From positions 180,102,558-180,166,557 of the forward strand of contig NC_068981.1 of the NCBI RefSeq assembly GCF_001194135.2: DNA of 64,000 nucleotides, written 5' to 3'. Position numbers and translations under genes: made by a program. The stretch's first letter is position 1. The number at the start of each line of letters is the position of its first letter. This stretch comes from Octopus bimaculoides. Its lineage: Eukaryota. The notes beneath the pieces were generated by a model. It had not been told where the DNA came from. It saw nothing but the letters and a program-made list of their open reading frames with translations, and did no database searches. Shown piece by piece: positions 1-12,199 of the stretch.

Positions 1-40
1 TCATTTTGTAGATAACATGGGAGCATCGTCCCGTAGAAAT

Positions 41-268
41 AGGCGAGTTGGCAGAAACGTTAGCGGGTCGGGCGAAATACTTTGCGGTATTTCGTCTGCC
101 GTTACGTTCTGAATTCAAATTCCGCCGAGGTCGACTTTGCCTTTCATCCTTTCGGTGTCGATTAAATAAGTACCAATTACGCACTGGGGTCGATGTAAAC
201 GACTTAATCCCTTTGTCTGTCCTTGTTTGTCCCCTTGTGGGCAATAAAGAAATAAGAAATATTATTTG
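41..268 (+). mobile_element. tRNA-derived SINE, family D (gaggtcgactttgcctttcatcctttcgg central domain)
   Basis: Pol III A/B-box-like head (ggcgagttggcagaaacgttagc...gttctgaattcaaattcc) then the central domain shared with the copies at 1866 and 61585; A-rich end. Confidence 0.85.
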
Positions 269-715
269 ATTACTGATATCCATGTTAGTAGCAAATCAGG
301 TAGGTTTTAGATGCGATGGCCATATTTCCGGTATTATACTTACACCAGGTCTTCCTTTTGATGAAATACTATCTTCCACAGCGTAAAATAATAGATGGGC
401 AATACTTACTGTGGCATGTAAATACTTGAGATTGGGTTCCATAAACAATAAACGAAAGGATCATTGGATGCAAATAGTTTAATAGAAATTTCGTCACTAA
501 ACTGACTTTAAATCAAACCTCTATTGGTCAATTTGTATTATAACTGCAAAACTGCAGACAATCTTTCCTGAATTGGTACGCTTTTTATCGACACTGAAAT
601 GTTAACAAACAAAATAGACCTCGGTGGAATTTAATCTCAGACTGCGCAGATTAGGTACAAATACTACGAGGTATTCTATTCGACATTTGAATAAATCTTT
701 CATATAACAATAGAT

Positions 716-814
716 ACATACACATGTACAAACACACATACATGAATACATACATGAATACATACATGCACACAGACATACATACACACACGCATGCATG
801 CATGCATACATACA

Positions 815-845
<31 letters not shown>
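716..845. repeat. (CATA)n-type microsatellite
   Basis: Direct inspection. Confidence 0.95.
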
Positions 846-929
846 CTGTTTGTACATAGTTACTGACAGCCGGTGTATTCGAACAAATATAGCCGGTGGT
901 ATTTAAGCCTGACCGAATTACCTTTGTTT

Positions 930-1067
930 GTATGTCCAGTTTGCATTTCATGTGAAATAACGACAAAATGAGTATCGGACAAAGTCCGGTGTGATTGACT
1001 AAACAAAAGCTTGACGGGTAAACCCTAATCTGGCCGCCGTCCAATGACTGAAACTAATAAAAGAATT
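930..1067 (+). mobile_element. Degenerate 3' half of SINE family C
   Basis: Ends ggccgccgtccaatgactgaaactaataaaaga, matching the family C tail ggccgcagtcaaatgactgaaacaagtaaaaga. Confidence 0.6.
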
Positions 1068-1424
1068 AACAATATATTAAATTTATTTTATATGAAGTAA
1101 AACATTAAAACCATGTACATTGTAAAGAGCCATGTGAAGTATTCCTGTGGGAGCTTTTATAGCTTTATTGATCTGCTGTTGTTCAAACTAATGTTCGTTT
1201 TATTTTCAATTGAAACAATCCGATATCAACATGGTAAAGATTAGAAAAGCATTGGGATATCCTTCAGAAAACTAGTGCTGCTTTGTCTCAACAAATCCAG
1301 AGAAAGCAAACGTAGCACTTTTTTATTGTTTAGCTCAAGAACAACTTCGTTCACATTGTATCTTTCCACCAGTTATTATTCCTTCTATTTTTATGCATCC
1401 TCTATTTATCCATTCAATATGACA

Positions 1425-1590
1425 TACGTATCCAGTCAATATATCAACTTTCCAGTTAATGTGTCAATTGGCCAATCAACGTGCCAAATATCCCGCCATC
1501 GTGTCAAATATCCAGTCAACGCGTCAAATATCCAATGAATGTATTAATTATCCCGCTGATATGCAATTAACCGGTCAATATGTCTTTCCT
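1425..1590. repeat. Degenerate ~20-bp minisatellite (cgtgtcaaatatccagtcaa-like)
   Basis: Repeated gtcaaatatcc motifs at about 20-bp spacing. Confidence 0.6.
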
Positions 1591-1865
1591 TTTCTATAAT
1601 GATAAGATGTGACTTAAGGGAGATTTGGCTGCCAACTCCAACGTTTCCCTTGATTTAGGACAACAAATTGAAGTGCGCTGATGAATGTGAAGGAAATAAA
1701 AAAAGTATTTTATAAATATCTACTCACAACACACGTTTTATCGTTTATCAAAACATACCTAATTATTGCTCTTTAAATGTATTTTGAAGCTTAATAAGTC
1801 ACATATGAAGGTTTTAGTGACTTAAGTATGATTAAAGCAGTACCAACAATTATAGTCCAAAAGAA

Positions 1866-2085
1866 GCGGCGAGCCGGGAGAATCGTTAGCACGCCAAGTC
1901 GGATAAAATGTTTAGCAGGCTTTCTTCCAGTTCTATCTTCTGAGTTCAAATGCCAACGAGGTCGACTTTACTTTTGACCCTTTCGATGTCGATGAAAAAA
2001 ATACACCAATTGAGGACTGGAGTCGATGTAATCGCCTTACCCACCTCCCTTTCAATTGATGATTTTGTGCTAAAATTTGAAACCC
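1866..2085 (+). mobile_element. SINE family D copy
   Basis: gagttcaaatgccaacgaggtcgactttacttttgaccctttcgatgtcgat matches the 41-268 copy. Confidence 0.8.
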
Positions 2086-2319
2086 ATAATTATAATCAAT
2101 CTCAGTAATGTTCAGTGGTGTTTCTGACACTATATGTCACTACAAATTGCAAAATATAATGTACAATGAACGTGAGGTTTGGAAGCTACGGTAAAACCAC
2201 AATTAACAGTTTTCTCAGCTTGAAAATTGGTGAAAAACATTAATGTTCATTAATGTTACAACGAATAAACCCTGGGTAGTTGTATTTAATAAAGACTTGT
2301 GGTTTTTATCATACCATAA

Positions 2320-2384
<65 letters not shown>

Positions 2385-3166
2385 NNNNNNNNNNNNNNNN
2401 NNNNNNNNNNNNNNNNNNNNNNNNNNNNNNNNNNNNNNNNNNNNNNNNNNNNNNNNNNNNNNNNNNNNNNNNNNNNNNNNNNNNNNNNNNNNNNNNNNNN
2501 NNNNNNNNNNNNNNNNNNNNNNNNNNNNNNNNNNNNNNNNNNNNNNNNNNNNNNNNNNNNNNNNNNNNNNNNNNNNNNNNNNNNNNNNNNNNNNNNNNNN
2601 NNNNNNNNNNNNNNNNNNNNNNNNNNNNNNNNNNNNNNNNNNNNNNNNNNNNNNNNNNNNNNNNNNNNNNNNNNNNNNNNNNNNNNNNNNNNNNNNNNNN
2701 NNNNNNNNNNNNNNNNNNNNNNNNNNNNNNNNNNNNNNNNNNNNNNNNNNNNNNNNNNNNNNNNNNNNNNNNNNNNNNNNNNNNNNNNNNNNNNNNNNNN
2801 NNNNNNNNNNNNNNNNNNNNNNNNNNNNNNNNNNNNNNNNNNNNNNNNNNNNNNNNNNNNNNNNNNNNNNNNNNNNNNNNNNNNNNNNNNNNNNNNNNNN
2901 NNNNNNNNNNNNNNNNNNNNNNNNNNNNNNNNNNNNNNNNNNNNNNNNNNNNNNNNNNNNNNNNNNNNNNNNNNNNNNNNNNNNNNNNNNNNNNNNNNNN
3001 NNNNNNNNNNNNNACACCTCCGAAAGGAGGGGCCCCGCCACGTCAAAACGGTAGAGGAGTAGGGGCCGAAACCAGACGTGGTTCCTCCTGATGGTGTCTT
3101 GAGCTAACTGGATCCTATAAAGGAGCTGTTGTGGTAGCAGACCACGAAACATGGTTGAAATTCCTC

Positions 3167-3458
3167 CTCCATCGGTTACGACGTCGAGGGTCCCAGCTGA
3201 TACGATCAACGGAACAGCCTGCTCGTGAAATTAACGTGCAAGTGGCTGAGCACTCCACAGACACGTGTACCCATAATGTAGTTAGTTCTCAGGGAAATTC
3301 AGCGTGACACATTGCGTGACAAGGCCGGCCCTTTGAAATACAGGTACTACTCATTTTTTCCAGCTGAGTAGACTGGACACAACGCGTCGCCGGGAATTGA
3401 ACTCACGACCTTACGAACGTGAGCCGAATGCCCTAACCACTGAGGCATACGCCTTCAC
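3167..3458 (-). mobile_element. tRNA-derived SINE, A-like body plus tail Y
   Basis: Minus strand: gaaggcgtatgcctcagtggttagggc head; ggcgacgcgttgtgt..ccagtctactcagctggaaaaaatgagta body (as at 26557, with a ~30-nt deletion); tail tacctgtatttcaaaggg...gtggagtgctcagccacttgcacg shared with 55503. Confidence 0.85.
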
Positions 3459-3551
3459 CAGTTCAATACTAAAAACAGAATATAGTTATGCTTTTGGTGT
3501 TGGACTTAAAAAGGAGAGGCGAGTAGAACAATAGAGCGAGTGAAAGAGATA

Positions 3552-4139
3552 GAGGGTAGGAGAGAGAGATAGAGGGTAGGAGAGAGAGGGTATGAGAGAT
3601 AGAGGGTAGGAGAGATAGGGTAGGAGAGAGAGAGGGTAGGAGAGAGAGAGAGAGGGTAGGAGACAGAGAGGGTAGGAGACAGAGAGGGTAGGAGACAGAG
3701 AGAGAGAGGGTAGGAGAGAGAGAGAGGGTAGGAGAGAGAGAGAGGGTAGGAGAGAGAGAGAGNNNNNNNNNNNNNNNNNNNNNNNNNNNNNNNNNNNNNN
3801 NNNNNNNNNNNNNNNNNNNNNNNNNNNNNNNNNNNNNNNNNNNNNNNNNNNNNNNNNNNNNNNNNNNNNNNNNNNNNNNNNNNNNNNNNNNNNNNNNNNN
3901 NNNNNNNNNNNNNNNNNNNNNNNNNNNNNNNNNNNNNNNNNNNNNNNNNNNNNNNNNNNNNNNNNNNNNNNNNNNNNNNNNNNNNNNNNNNNNNNNNNNN
4001 NNNNNNNNNNNNNNNNNNNNNNNNNNNNNNNNNNNNNNNNNNNNNNGGGTAGGAGAGAGAGAGAGGGTAGGAGAGAGAGAGAGGGTAGGAGAGAGAGAGA
4101 GGGTAGGAGAGAGAGAGAGGGTAGGAGAGAGAGAGAGAG
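3552..4139. repeat. 18-bp minisatellite (gggtaggagagagagaga)n spanning a gap
   Basis: Units visible on both sides of the 3763-4046 gap. Confidence 0.9.
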
Positions 4140-4229
4140 TGACACACATACACACAGACAAAGTGAATAGAAAGTAAAGCGTGTGAGTGTAAAAGAGAAA
4201 TTTTATGAAAATATATAAAAACAAAAAGA

Positions 4230-4606
4230 GGGAGAAGATGAGGAGGTGATGTAGGAGGAGGAGGAGGCACTGGAGGAAGACTGAGAAGTTTGTTCATAAT
4301 ATGGCCTGGAAGTGAAGAAAGAACTTTGCGAAGAGGCATGGCTTAAGTATTGAGGACGACGAAGATACGACGGACGTCTTCAACGACTACTAAGAGGAAA
4401 AACTGAGAGGTTAAGGATGTGGACGAGGGGGAGGAAGGAGAGGAGAAAGCGTGGGAGGAAGACGAGGAGAAAGCGTGGGAAGAGGAGGTGAATGAACAGG
4501 AAGAGGAAGGAGAAGAAGAATAGAAGGAGCAGGAAGAAGACGAAGAAGATGAGCAGGATGAACAGGAAGAGGGAGAAGATAAGCAGTAGGAGGAGGAGGA
4601 GGAGGA
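4230..4606. repeat. Degenerate (GAG/GAA)n purine-rich triplet repeat
   Basis: Direct inspection. Confidence 0.8.
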
Positions 4607-4622
4607 TTAGAGTTAAATAAAG

Positions 4623-4686
4623 GACATAATGAGGGTGGCTAATATCAGGGAAGGGGAGGAGACAGGAAGAGACAGAGAGACAGGGA

Positions 4687-4752
<66 letters not shown>

Positions 4753-4805
4753 TTAACGAGAGACAGGGACAGAGCGGGAGGGAGAAAATTTGTTTACTGA
4801 AGGAG
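4623..4805. repeat. 183-bp inverted copy of 6750-6949 flanked by a 15-bp direct repeat
   Basis: Non-microsatellite parts match the reverse complement of 6750-6949 with about 4 mismatches; tagagttaaataaag at 4608-4622 and 4806-4820. Confidence 0.85.
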
Positions 4806-4982
4806 TAGAGTTAAATAAAGAAATATAGGTGGACGCTTGTTCTTACGGTTGAAATTCTAAGATTTAAGGGAACAAGAAGTTTCATTGAACTTGTGTCAGC
4901 ACATGGAAATTAGGCCAGGGAATTGTTACCGTTAATCACTCACTGTATTATGCCAGAATAAGATTCTCCCTATTTAATCGAT

Positions 4983-5301
4983 GTGGAGGCGGAATACCCC
5001 AGTGGTTAGGGCAGCGGACACGCGGTCGGAGGATTGGGGTTTCGATTTCGCAGACCGGGCATTGTGTGTGTTTATTGAGCGAAAACACCTAAAGCTCCAC
5101 GAAGCTCCGGCAGGGGATGGTGGCGACCCCTGTTGTACTCTTTCGCTCCAACTTTCTCTCACTCTTTCTTCATGTTTCTTGAGTAAGGCTGCGATGGACT
5201 GGCGACCCGTCCAGCTCGGGGAAACACATACACCATAGAAACCAGCAAACCGGGCCCATGACCCTGGCTAGGCTTTAAAAAGGCGCATAAATAAATAAAA
5301 A
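4983..5301 (+). mobile_element. tRNA-derived SINE, body B plus tail X, 12-bp TSD
   Basis: Head ggaggcgg..agtggttagggcagc; body B (ctaaagctccacgaagctccggcaggggatgg) shared with 55503; tail X (gctgcgatggactggcgacccgtccag) shared with 26557; TSD tatttaatcgat at 4971-4982 and 5302-5313. Confidence 0.9.
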
Positions 5302-5564
5302 TATTTAATCGATATCACACGCGATTGTACAGACACGCACATATACACACACGCACGGATCGTATTCTTTATTTTATGTTATCGCATAAAGATGCATGAT
5401 ACCAGAAACATGCATAAATATGTTCGGCGTATGTTGATCGCAACGGAAACTCTTAGATACGGCGATGTAATCCGGTATACCAACACACAATTGTAGAAGG
5501 TGCGTGTGTGTATGTGAGTGTGAATGCGTGTGTGTTATATCGCACGCACGCACACACGTACACA

Positions 5565-6793
5565 CAGGATGCAAGAGGTATTGTGGAGATATTTGTTAAT
5601 TTGATAAAACAACTCCACTCAAGCAAAAACCAAATACATTTTAAAATTGTGTGTACATATTATTAAGCTTTCTTATAAGATTACTACCTGAATTACCCGG
5701 TAATACCCGGAGAAAGCAGGGATTACTTCCAGTACCCGTTCTCATTACACATTTTCATGTCCTATCCCGTTCTCTGTTCAGTTCCCGTTTAAATTACAAA
5801 TAGATTTACAAATACACAGTGACGTGGGATACATTTACAAAGACTTAGAAATACCGGCTAGTAATACAGTTGAATCATAAAATTGATTGATTTTAATGGT
5901 AAGGTAATATCAAAGTTGAACTGGTGGATGGTTAGAAAGATGAGAGGATTGACGATGTGCGAATATGAAACAATTGATTGATGGTTGTTTATTATCAATT
6001 TTGAATGTCTTCCCTGTTACTGTCACATTGTGAAATTCTAAAATTACCTGCAAAATTTTCAAATTTGGTATATTGAAATAATTTTTCACGCTAAATCCTA
6101 TTTTGTTATCTAATTGTTCCAGAAAAATTGCAGTAAATTGTTACTGGTGTTTAAAGTTTAATCAATTTTACCTAATCAGAAAACAGGATTTGGAACCTGG
6201 CATTTTCTGCAGGATAGCTGTCTATCACAAAATGAAAGCAAAATCATTAAGAAGAGGAATTTTAATTAAACAAACGAAAGCAAAGGATACGATGAGCACA
6301 GTTGTAAGAACTTCTAAAGTTTTAATAAGTTTTAATGAATAAAGTCATCTGAAACGGTCGAACAAACATGTAAATAATTTTAAAAGGAAACGGATCGTCA
6401 AGGATTTTTTTTTTTTTGTGAAAAATTGCACAAATCTGTCGGAGAAGGCATGGTCTGACATGGAATAAACAAAAATTTATATAAGACATTCTACTGTAAA
6501 AATTGCCCGACAACGACCGGCTATTCATCTATGGAATAAAATGAAAGACATTATCTAGTTTTAATAAATCTTAATACGGTGATTTGAAAACAAATATGAA
6601 AACAGTTTACTTTTCACTTGTTAGTTTTACATTTGTTGTTGGACATATTGTAAAAGTTTCGACTGAGCATACGATAGCTAAATCACTAAAGCGTATGCGT
6701 GAAGTGATAGGTGAAAATTAAAGAACAGCGTATTTAAAATTCGCTGTTCCCTTCAGTAAACAAATTTTCTCCCTCCCGCTCTGTCCCTACCTC

Positions 6794-6843
<50 letters not shown>

Positions 6844-6849
6844 ACTCTA

Positions 6850-6884
<35 letters not shown>

Positions 6885-7770
6885 TTCCCTGTCTCTCTGT
6901 CTCTTCCTGTCTCCTCCCCTTCCCTGATATTAGCCACCCTTATTATATCACCACATTTTCCTCAACCTAACACTCTTTGCACCTTTCTTATTTTATCACA
7001 TAATATCCCAACCCCGGTAGGGGGCCCATTATCGATTTTTATTGGAACCAAGTTAGCCTATAACTGAACTGGATGTTAGTTTAACACGTATGCAAAGTTT
7101 CGTGAAGATTAGTTTGCTTGTGTAGACAGTAAGATGGTAATAGACAAACAGAAATTGCCATTCATATATAAGATTCTTTGAATCCGTCTTCATCTTCGAT
7201 GAATGCTTCAGTGCAGAACCGGCAGAGTCGACATACCTGTACTAATTGGGTGTTACCCATTCCAGATATCACCTGGACAATGTAGTTAGGAGCTGTGATA
7301 TTTTGAGGATGGCGATAATTTTCCTTTACAACAACGCTCTGGACGTAATACTCCATTGGGTTTAAATCTGGCGACTCTGGAGACAAGTTTGAGGTTACAT
7401 GATCATAAAGATAATTGGGCATCCATCATTGGGCTACGTGGATATTGTGAGAAGGTGCTGAGTCTTGTCGAAACACGTAAGGCCTTCTACGGCGTATTTC
7501 ATTCATCCAGGACTTAATAACTGTCTCCAGCATCTCAATTTATAACATTAAATCTAAGACCTGCAGAAAGATGTGAGAGGGTCATGGTATGACCTTCGTT
7601 ACTCAACTCTCGTAAAACCATCACAGTTGCCGGAAATTTAGTATGTGTCACTCTGGAGACATCAGAAATAGCTGAACTTGACCATCTGTCAATTCTGCAG
7701 TTAGAATTTTGGTCTTGGTGGAAGACCAAAACACCAAACATATACATTAACTTACGAACATTGATCAATA
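5565..7770 (-). mobile_element. 5'-truncated Tc1/mariner maT-type (DD37D-like) transposon fossil, interrupted by a Helitron
   Basis: Minus-strand peptides TKFPATVMVL, RQDSAPSH, SPDLNPMEYY, GFKE*; 36 residues between the second D and the third acidic residue (one codon lost); terminal caggatgc at 5565. Confidence 0.8.
5684..7173 (-). mobile_element. Non-autonomous Helitron, both ends visible
   Basis: 5' A|TCTTATATATGAATGG at 7173; 3' ccgg hairpin then GTAG|T (variant of CTAG) at 5684; removal restores GGA TTC AAA GAA TAA in the host transposase; no TSD. Confidence 0.85.
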
Positions 7771-9049
7771 AATATGCTGTTCTACACTCTCTAACACGTT
7801 CGAAACACGAAAACTTTAAAAAACGAACTGAATCTAGACTAGCAGAACAATATACATTTTAACCATTAGGCTTCGAATACTCTGGACATGGGAATAGATT
7901 AGCATAGATTAATATCAGTTAAATGTAAATCTAATTAGGGAAAACAAATTAACCGAATAAATTCCCTGTTAAAAAAAATATTCGGTAAATAATATAAAGT
8001 ATAATATACATATGGCAAAAACTTCCAGATGATAACAAATTACTAGCATAAATACAACGAGCTAAATCGGTATATCAGATTATAACGCCATTTCGAAAGG
8101 TTGTGTAGCGATTGACTGACACCAAACATGTTTATCCGTACGCATGGTATTGAGTACTACGCATCTTTCTACGATAACGTACAACGTACTCTCTGTGTGT
8201 ATGTGTATGTCTGCGTGTGTGTGTGTGTGTGTGATTTCTTGTAAACGTTTGCGCGCGCACGCGGGGTTTATTAACATATAGACACAGGAAACAGCAAATT
8301 TTATAACTTCATGAAAAAGATGCCTCGAGTTCGTTGTGGTACAATGTGTTATACTTAACACCTCTACGTCTGAATCATACATGTAAATATGCACACACAC
8401 ACACAAACACACACACACGTACACACATACATACTTGTCATTTATGTTATGTACCCACAATAAGATCGTTACCTCAAAATGAGATCACCGAGTCGCCATC
8501 CATTTTCGTTCTTTTGCTTTACGTTCTCATATCTTTTAATCTGGTAGTCAATCTCCAGCCACATTTGCCTTAAGCTAGTCTACAGCTACGACTAGCTTTC
8601 ATTTCAACTGAAAAGTCAGCTGACAAAGTGTGCCTCATGCCTGCTTCGCAGAGACATGACTGTTTTCAGGAGGACAAATGTATTTGCATGTGTCTGCTCT
8701 GTGTGATATGTTCTGAGTCCTCAAACGCTGTTTCATATTTTCTTATAGAAATACATATCACAGTTCTGTAATTAATTTCTTCTAGCTTATTAAATATTTA
8801 TCAAGCACTTTCAAGTTAAATGTGCCTCGAGTTTACATTTAACACGTGTACGTCTAGGTCATGTATGTATGTGCAGGTATGTGTAAATCTAATTATATAT
8901 CTATACCTATCTATCTATCTATTGATCTATATGTAGATATATAGGTAAGCAGATAGATAGCTGTCCATACACGCACATACGTATACACACATACATACAT
9001 ACATACATACATACATACATACATACATACATACATGCATACACACGTA

Positions 9050-10403
9050 CAGGGTGGCCCAAAAGTAGGTTTACAGTTATTCAACTATCTCTTTTGCATT
9101 CATATATTAACAGTTTAGATCTTAATTATAAAAAACATGAAACTATTATTTTATACTAATTTAGTTAATTTTGTCAAGCACCCTTTTCAGTTTGTAATTG
9201 TTTTTGTTTCTTTTTTTTAACAGTTACTGTAAAGTGTGAGCCATGGACAAAGGAAGTGGATACTAAGGCAGTATTGGAAGTCTGAAAATACCGAGCAGGT
9301 ACGCAGATTATGACAAGAAGCCTTTCACACTCCACCTTCACGCCAGACAATTTATCGGATAAGAAATAAATTTGATGCCACAGGTTCAGTGAGTACTGCA
9401 CCAAAATCTGGAAGCCCTAAGACTTCTGTGACTGAAAAAAAATGAGATGTTAATGGCTATGATATTTGTGAACAGTCTAAAGAAGTCCACACGACGTGCT
9501 TCTCTAGAACTATCCATACCAAGAACATCATTGCAACGCCTAATGCATAAGCTGAGATCAACACCTTTCCGTCCACGACTGGTACATGGTCTTTTGGAGG
9601 ACGACCCAGATCATAGGCTACAATTCTGCGAAATGATGCGTGACCAAATTGCTAATGAGCAACAAGACTATCTGGAAAAAATTATCTGGACAGATGAGGC
9701 TTGCTTTAAATTATCCACTCATGTAAACATGCATAACTGCGTGTAATGGGCTGACGAAAACCCCCATTTGACCATAGAATTTCAGCTGAACCAGCCTAAC
9801 GTTGCAGAGTGAGGGGCGGGGGGCACTCTCAAACGAAGGTTTTATCGGACCCGTTTTCTTTGATAGAGCTGTAAATGGAGAGAACTGCTTGCAAATGCTT
9901 CGTGACGTGATGGTACCACAACTCAGAACCCAGGCTAACTTCAATAAACTGTTCTTTCAGTAAGATAGAACACATCCACTTTGTGCGTTGACAGTAAGAA
10001 ACCACCTTAAATAAGCTTTTCCACTGCGTTGGATTGGAAGACAGAGCAGCATCGAATGGCCACCACGTTTACCTGACCTGAGACCAATGAATTTCGTTTT
10101 TTGGAGTATTGTAAACAACAAGGTTTATGAGAAGAAACCCCAAACGGTAAATGGATTAAAATATTACATTTCTGACGCATTCACTGAAATTGATGGAGAT
10201 CAGAATTTGTGCCCCACTGAAGTGGTCTGAAGAATATTGCAATGTTGAAGGAGGACATTTTGAGCATCTGAGAGATTAAACATTGTCTGTTTAAGATGTG
10301 CATAAACAATATGATTGTCTGATAGAAATTAAAATGTAATAAAATGTTTTAAAAGGAATTTCAAGTGCCTACGTGTAACTGTAAGCCTACTTTTGGGCCA
10401 CGC

Positions 10404-10405
<2 letters not shown>
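9050..10405 (+). mobile_element. Full-length Tc1/mariner rosa-type (DD41D) transposon with pseudogenised transposase
   Basis: About 30-bp TIRs cagggtggcccaaaagtaggtttacagtta / taactgtaagcctacttttgggccacgctg; TA on the left; motifs IIWTDEACF, FFQ*D, WIGR, WPPRLPDLRPMN; 41 residues between the second D and the third position (now N); internal stops. Confidence 0.92.
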
Positions 10406-10456
<51 letters not shown>

Positions 10457-11139
10457 NNNNNNNNNNNNNNNNNNNNNNNNNNNNNNNNNNNNNNNNNNNN
10501 NNNNNNNNNNNNNNNNNNNNNNNNNNNNNNNNNNNNNNNNNNNNNNNNNNNNNNNNNNNNNNNNNNNNNNNNNNNNNNNNNNNNNNNNNNNNNNNNNNNN
10601 NNNNNNNNNNNNNNNNNNNNNNNNNNNNNNNNNNNNNNNNNNNNNNNNNNNNNNNNNNNNNNNNNNNNNNNNNNNNNNNNNNNNNNNNNNNNNNNNNNNN
10701 NNNNNNNNNNNNNNNNNNNNNNNNNNNNNNNNNNNNNNNNNNNNNNNNNNNNNNNNNNNNNNNNNNNNNNNNNNNNNNNNNNNNNNNNNNNNNNNNNNNN
10801 NNNNNNNNNNNNNNNNNNNNNNNNNNNNNNNNNNNNNNNNNNNNNNNNNNNNNNNNNNNNNNNNNNNNNNNNNNNNNNNNNNNNNNNNNNNNNNNNNNNN
10901 NNNNNNNNNNNNNNNNNNNNNNNNNNNNNNNNNNNNNNNNNNNNNNNNNNNNNNNNNNNNNNNNNNNNNNNNNNNNNNNNNNNNNNNNNNNNNNNNNNNN
11001 NNNNNNNNNNNATATATATAGATTCAATAATAGGATGAACTCTTTTACGAGAATTTATCAAGTAGCTAGCGTGAAAAAAACCTCATAAGGGAAAAAAATC
11101 CTTCATTTATTCCCAATATATATATATATTTATTTATAT

Positions 11140-11295
11140 AAGGGCATTACTATACAATAATGCCTCACGGTATGAGGGACTCTAGGGTCAGACTACCATA
11201 AAAAACACATTTTTACCGGTAAAAATGTGTTTTTTATGGTAGTCTGACCTTAGAGTCCCTCATAGCGTGAGGCATTCTTGTATAGTAATGCCCTT
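11140..11295. repeat. 156-bp loopless palindrome (MITE-like, family unresolved)
   Basis: 78-bp arms centred on accggt with 3 mismatches. Confidence 0.9.
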
Positions 11296-11299
11296 GGCT

Positions 11300-11525
11300 G
11301 TGAGTGTATGTGTGTGTTTGTCTTTGTACTTGTCCCGCACCACGGCGACACAACCGCCGTTGGTGTCTTTACGTCTCCGTAACTTAGCGATTCAGCAAAG
11401 GATAGCGGCAGAGTAAATACCAGGCTTAGAATAAAGAGTACTGCGACCGATCCATTCTAATAAAACTTCTTCAAGGTGCTGCCCAAGCATAACCACAATC
11501 AAATGATTGAAACACGTAAAAAAGA
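11300..11525 (+). mobile_element. Diverged 3' half of SINE family C
   Basis: gtctttacgtctccgtaacttagcgattcagcaaagg...caaatgattgaaacacgtaaaaaaga. Confidence 0.75.
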
Positions 11526-11789
11526 TTGTGAAAGTGAGAGAAAGAGGCCGCTGTAGTGAGAAATAGAAAGCCGTAATCTGTGGCAATAGGGCAAACCGAA
11601 AGCAAACACCTATGAAAAAGAAGCTTTAAATATGGCTGACTTACAAACGCGGCCCCGAAAATATTTTATAGTCTGCTGTGAATAAGTATTTTCCAGAAGT
11701 ATTTGAAAATGTTTTTTAAAACGGAAAAATAACAAATATCTGTGCAGACATATATACATATAGATTAGATTAAAAATAAATATAATGGC

Positions 11790-11917
11790 GTAGATATATG
11801 ATTTCGAGTTCAGTTCCACTGCGCGGCACCTTTGTCAGGTGCCATCTATTATAACCCCGGAATTACTGATACGTTGTGAATAAATTTGGTTGACGGAAAC
11901 TGTGTGGAAGCTGGCTG
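11790..11917 (+). mobile_element. Diverged 5' half of SINE family C
   Basis: gagttcagttccactgcgcggcacctttg...ggttgacggaaactgtgtggaagc followed by (TA)n. Confidence 0.7.
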
Positions 11918-11934
11918 TATATATATATATATAT

Positions 11935-12146
11935 TACTCTTTTACTCTTTTACTTGTTTCAGTCATTTGACTGCGGCCATGCTGAAGCAGCACCTTTAGT
12001 CGAGCAAATCGACCCCAGGACTTATTCTTTGTAAGCATAGTACTTATTCTATCGATTCTTTTGCCGAACTGCTAAGTTACGGGGACGTAAGCACACCAGC
12101 ATCGGTTGTCAAGCGATGTTGTGGGAACAAACACAGACACACAAAA

Positions 12147-12165
<19 letters not shown>
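11935..12165 (-). mobile_element. Young 3' half of SINE family C
   Basis: Near-consensus reverse complement of the 41690-41880 tail; runs into (CA)n(TA)n and a gap. Confidence 0.9.

Positions 12166-12199
<34 letters not shown>

Noticed and set aside
4623-6949. Inverted pair read as terminal inverted repeats of a 2.3-kb transposon
   Set aside because: No TSD around the pair; the left copy has its own direct-repeat flank and the right copy lies inside a Helitron.
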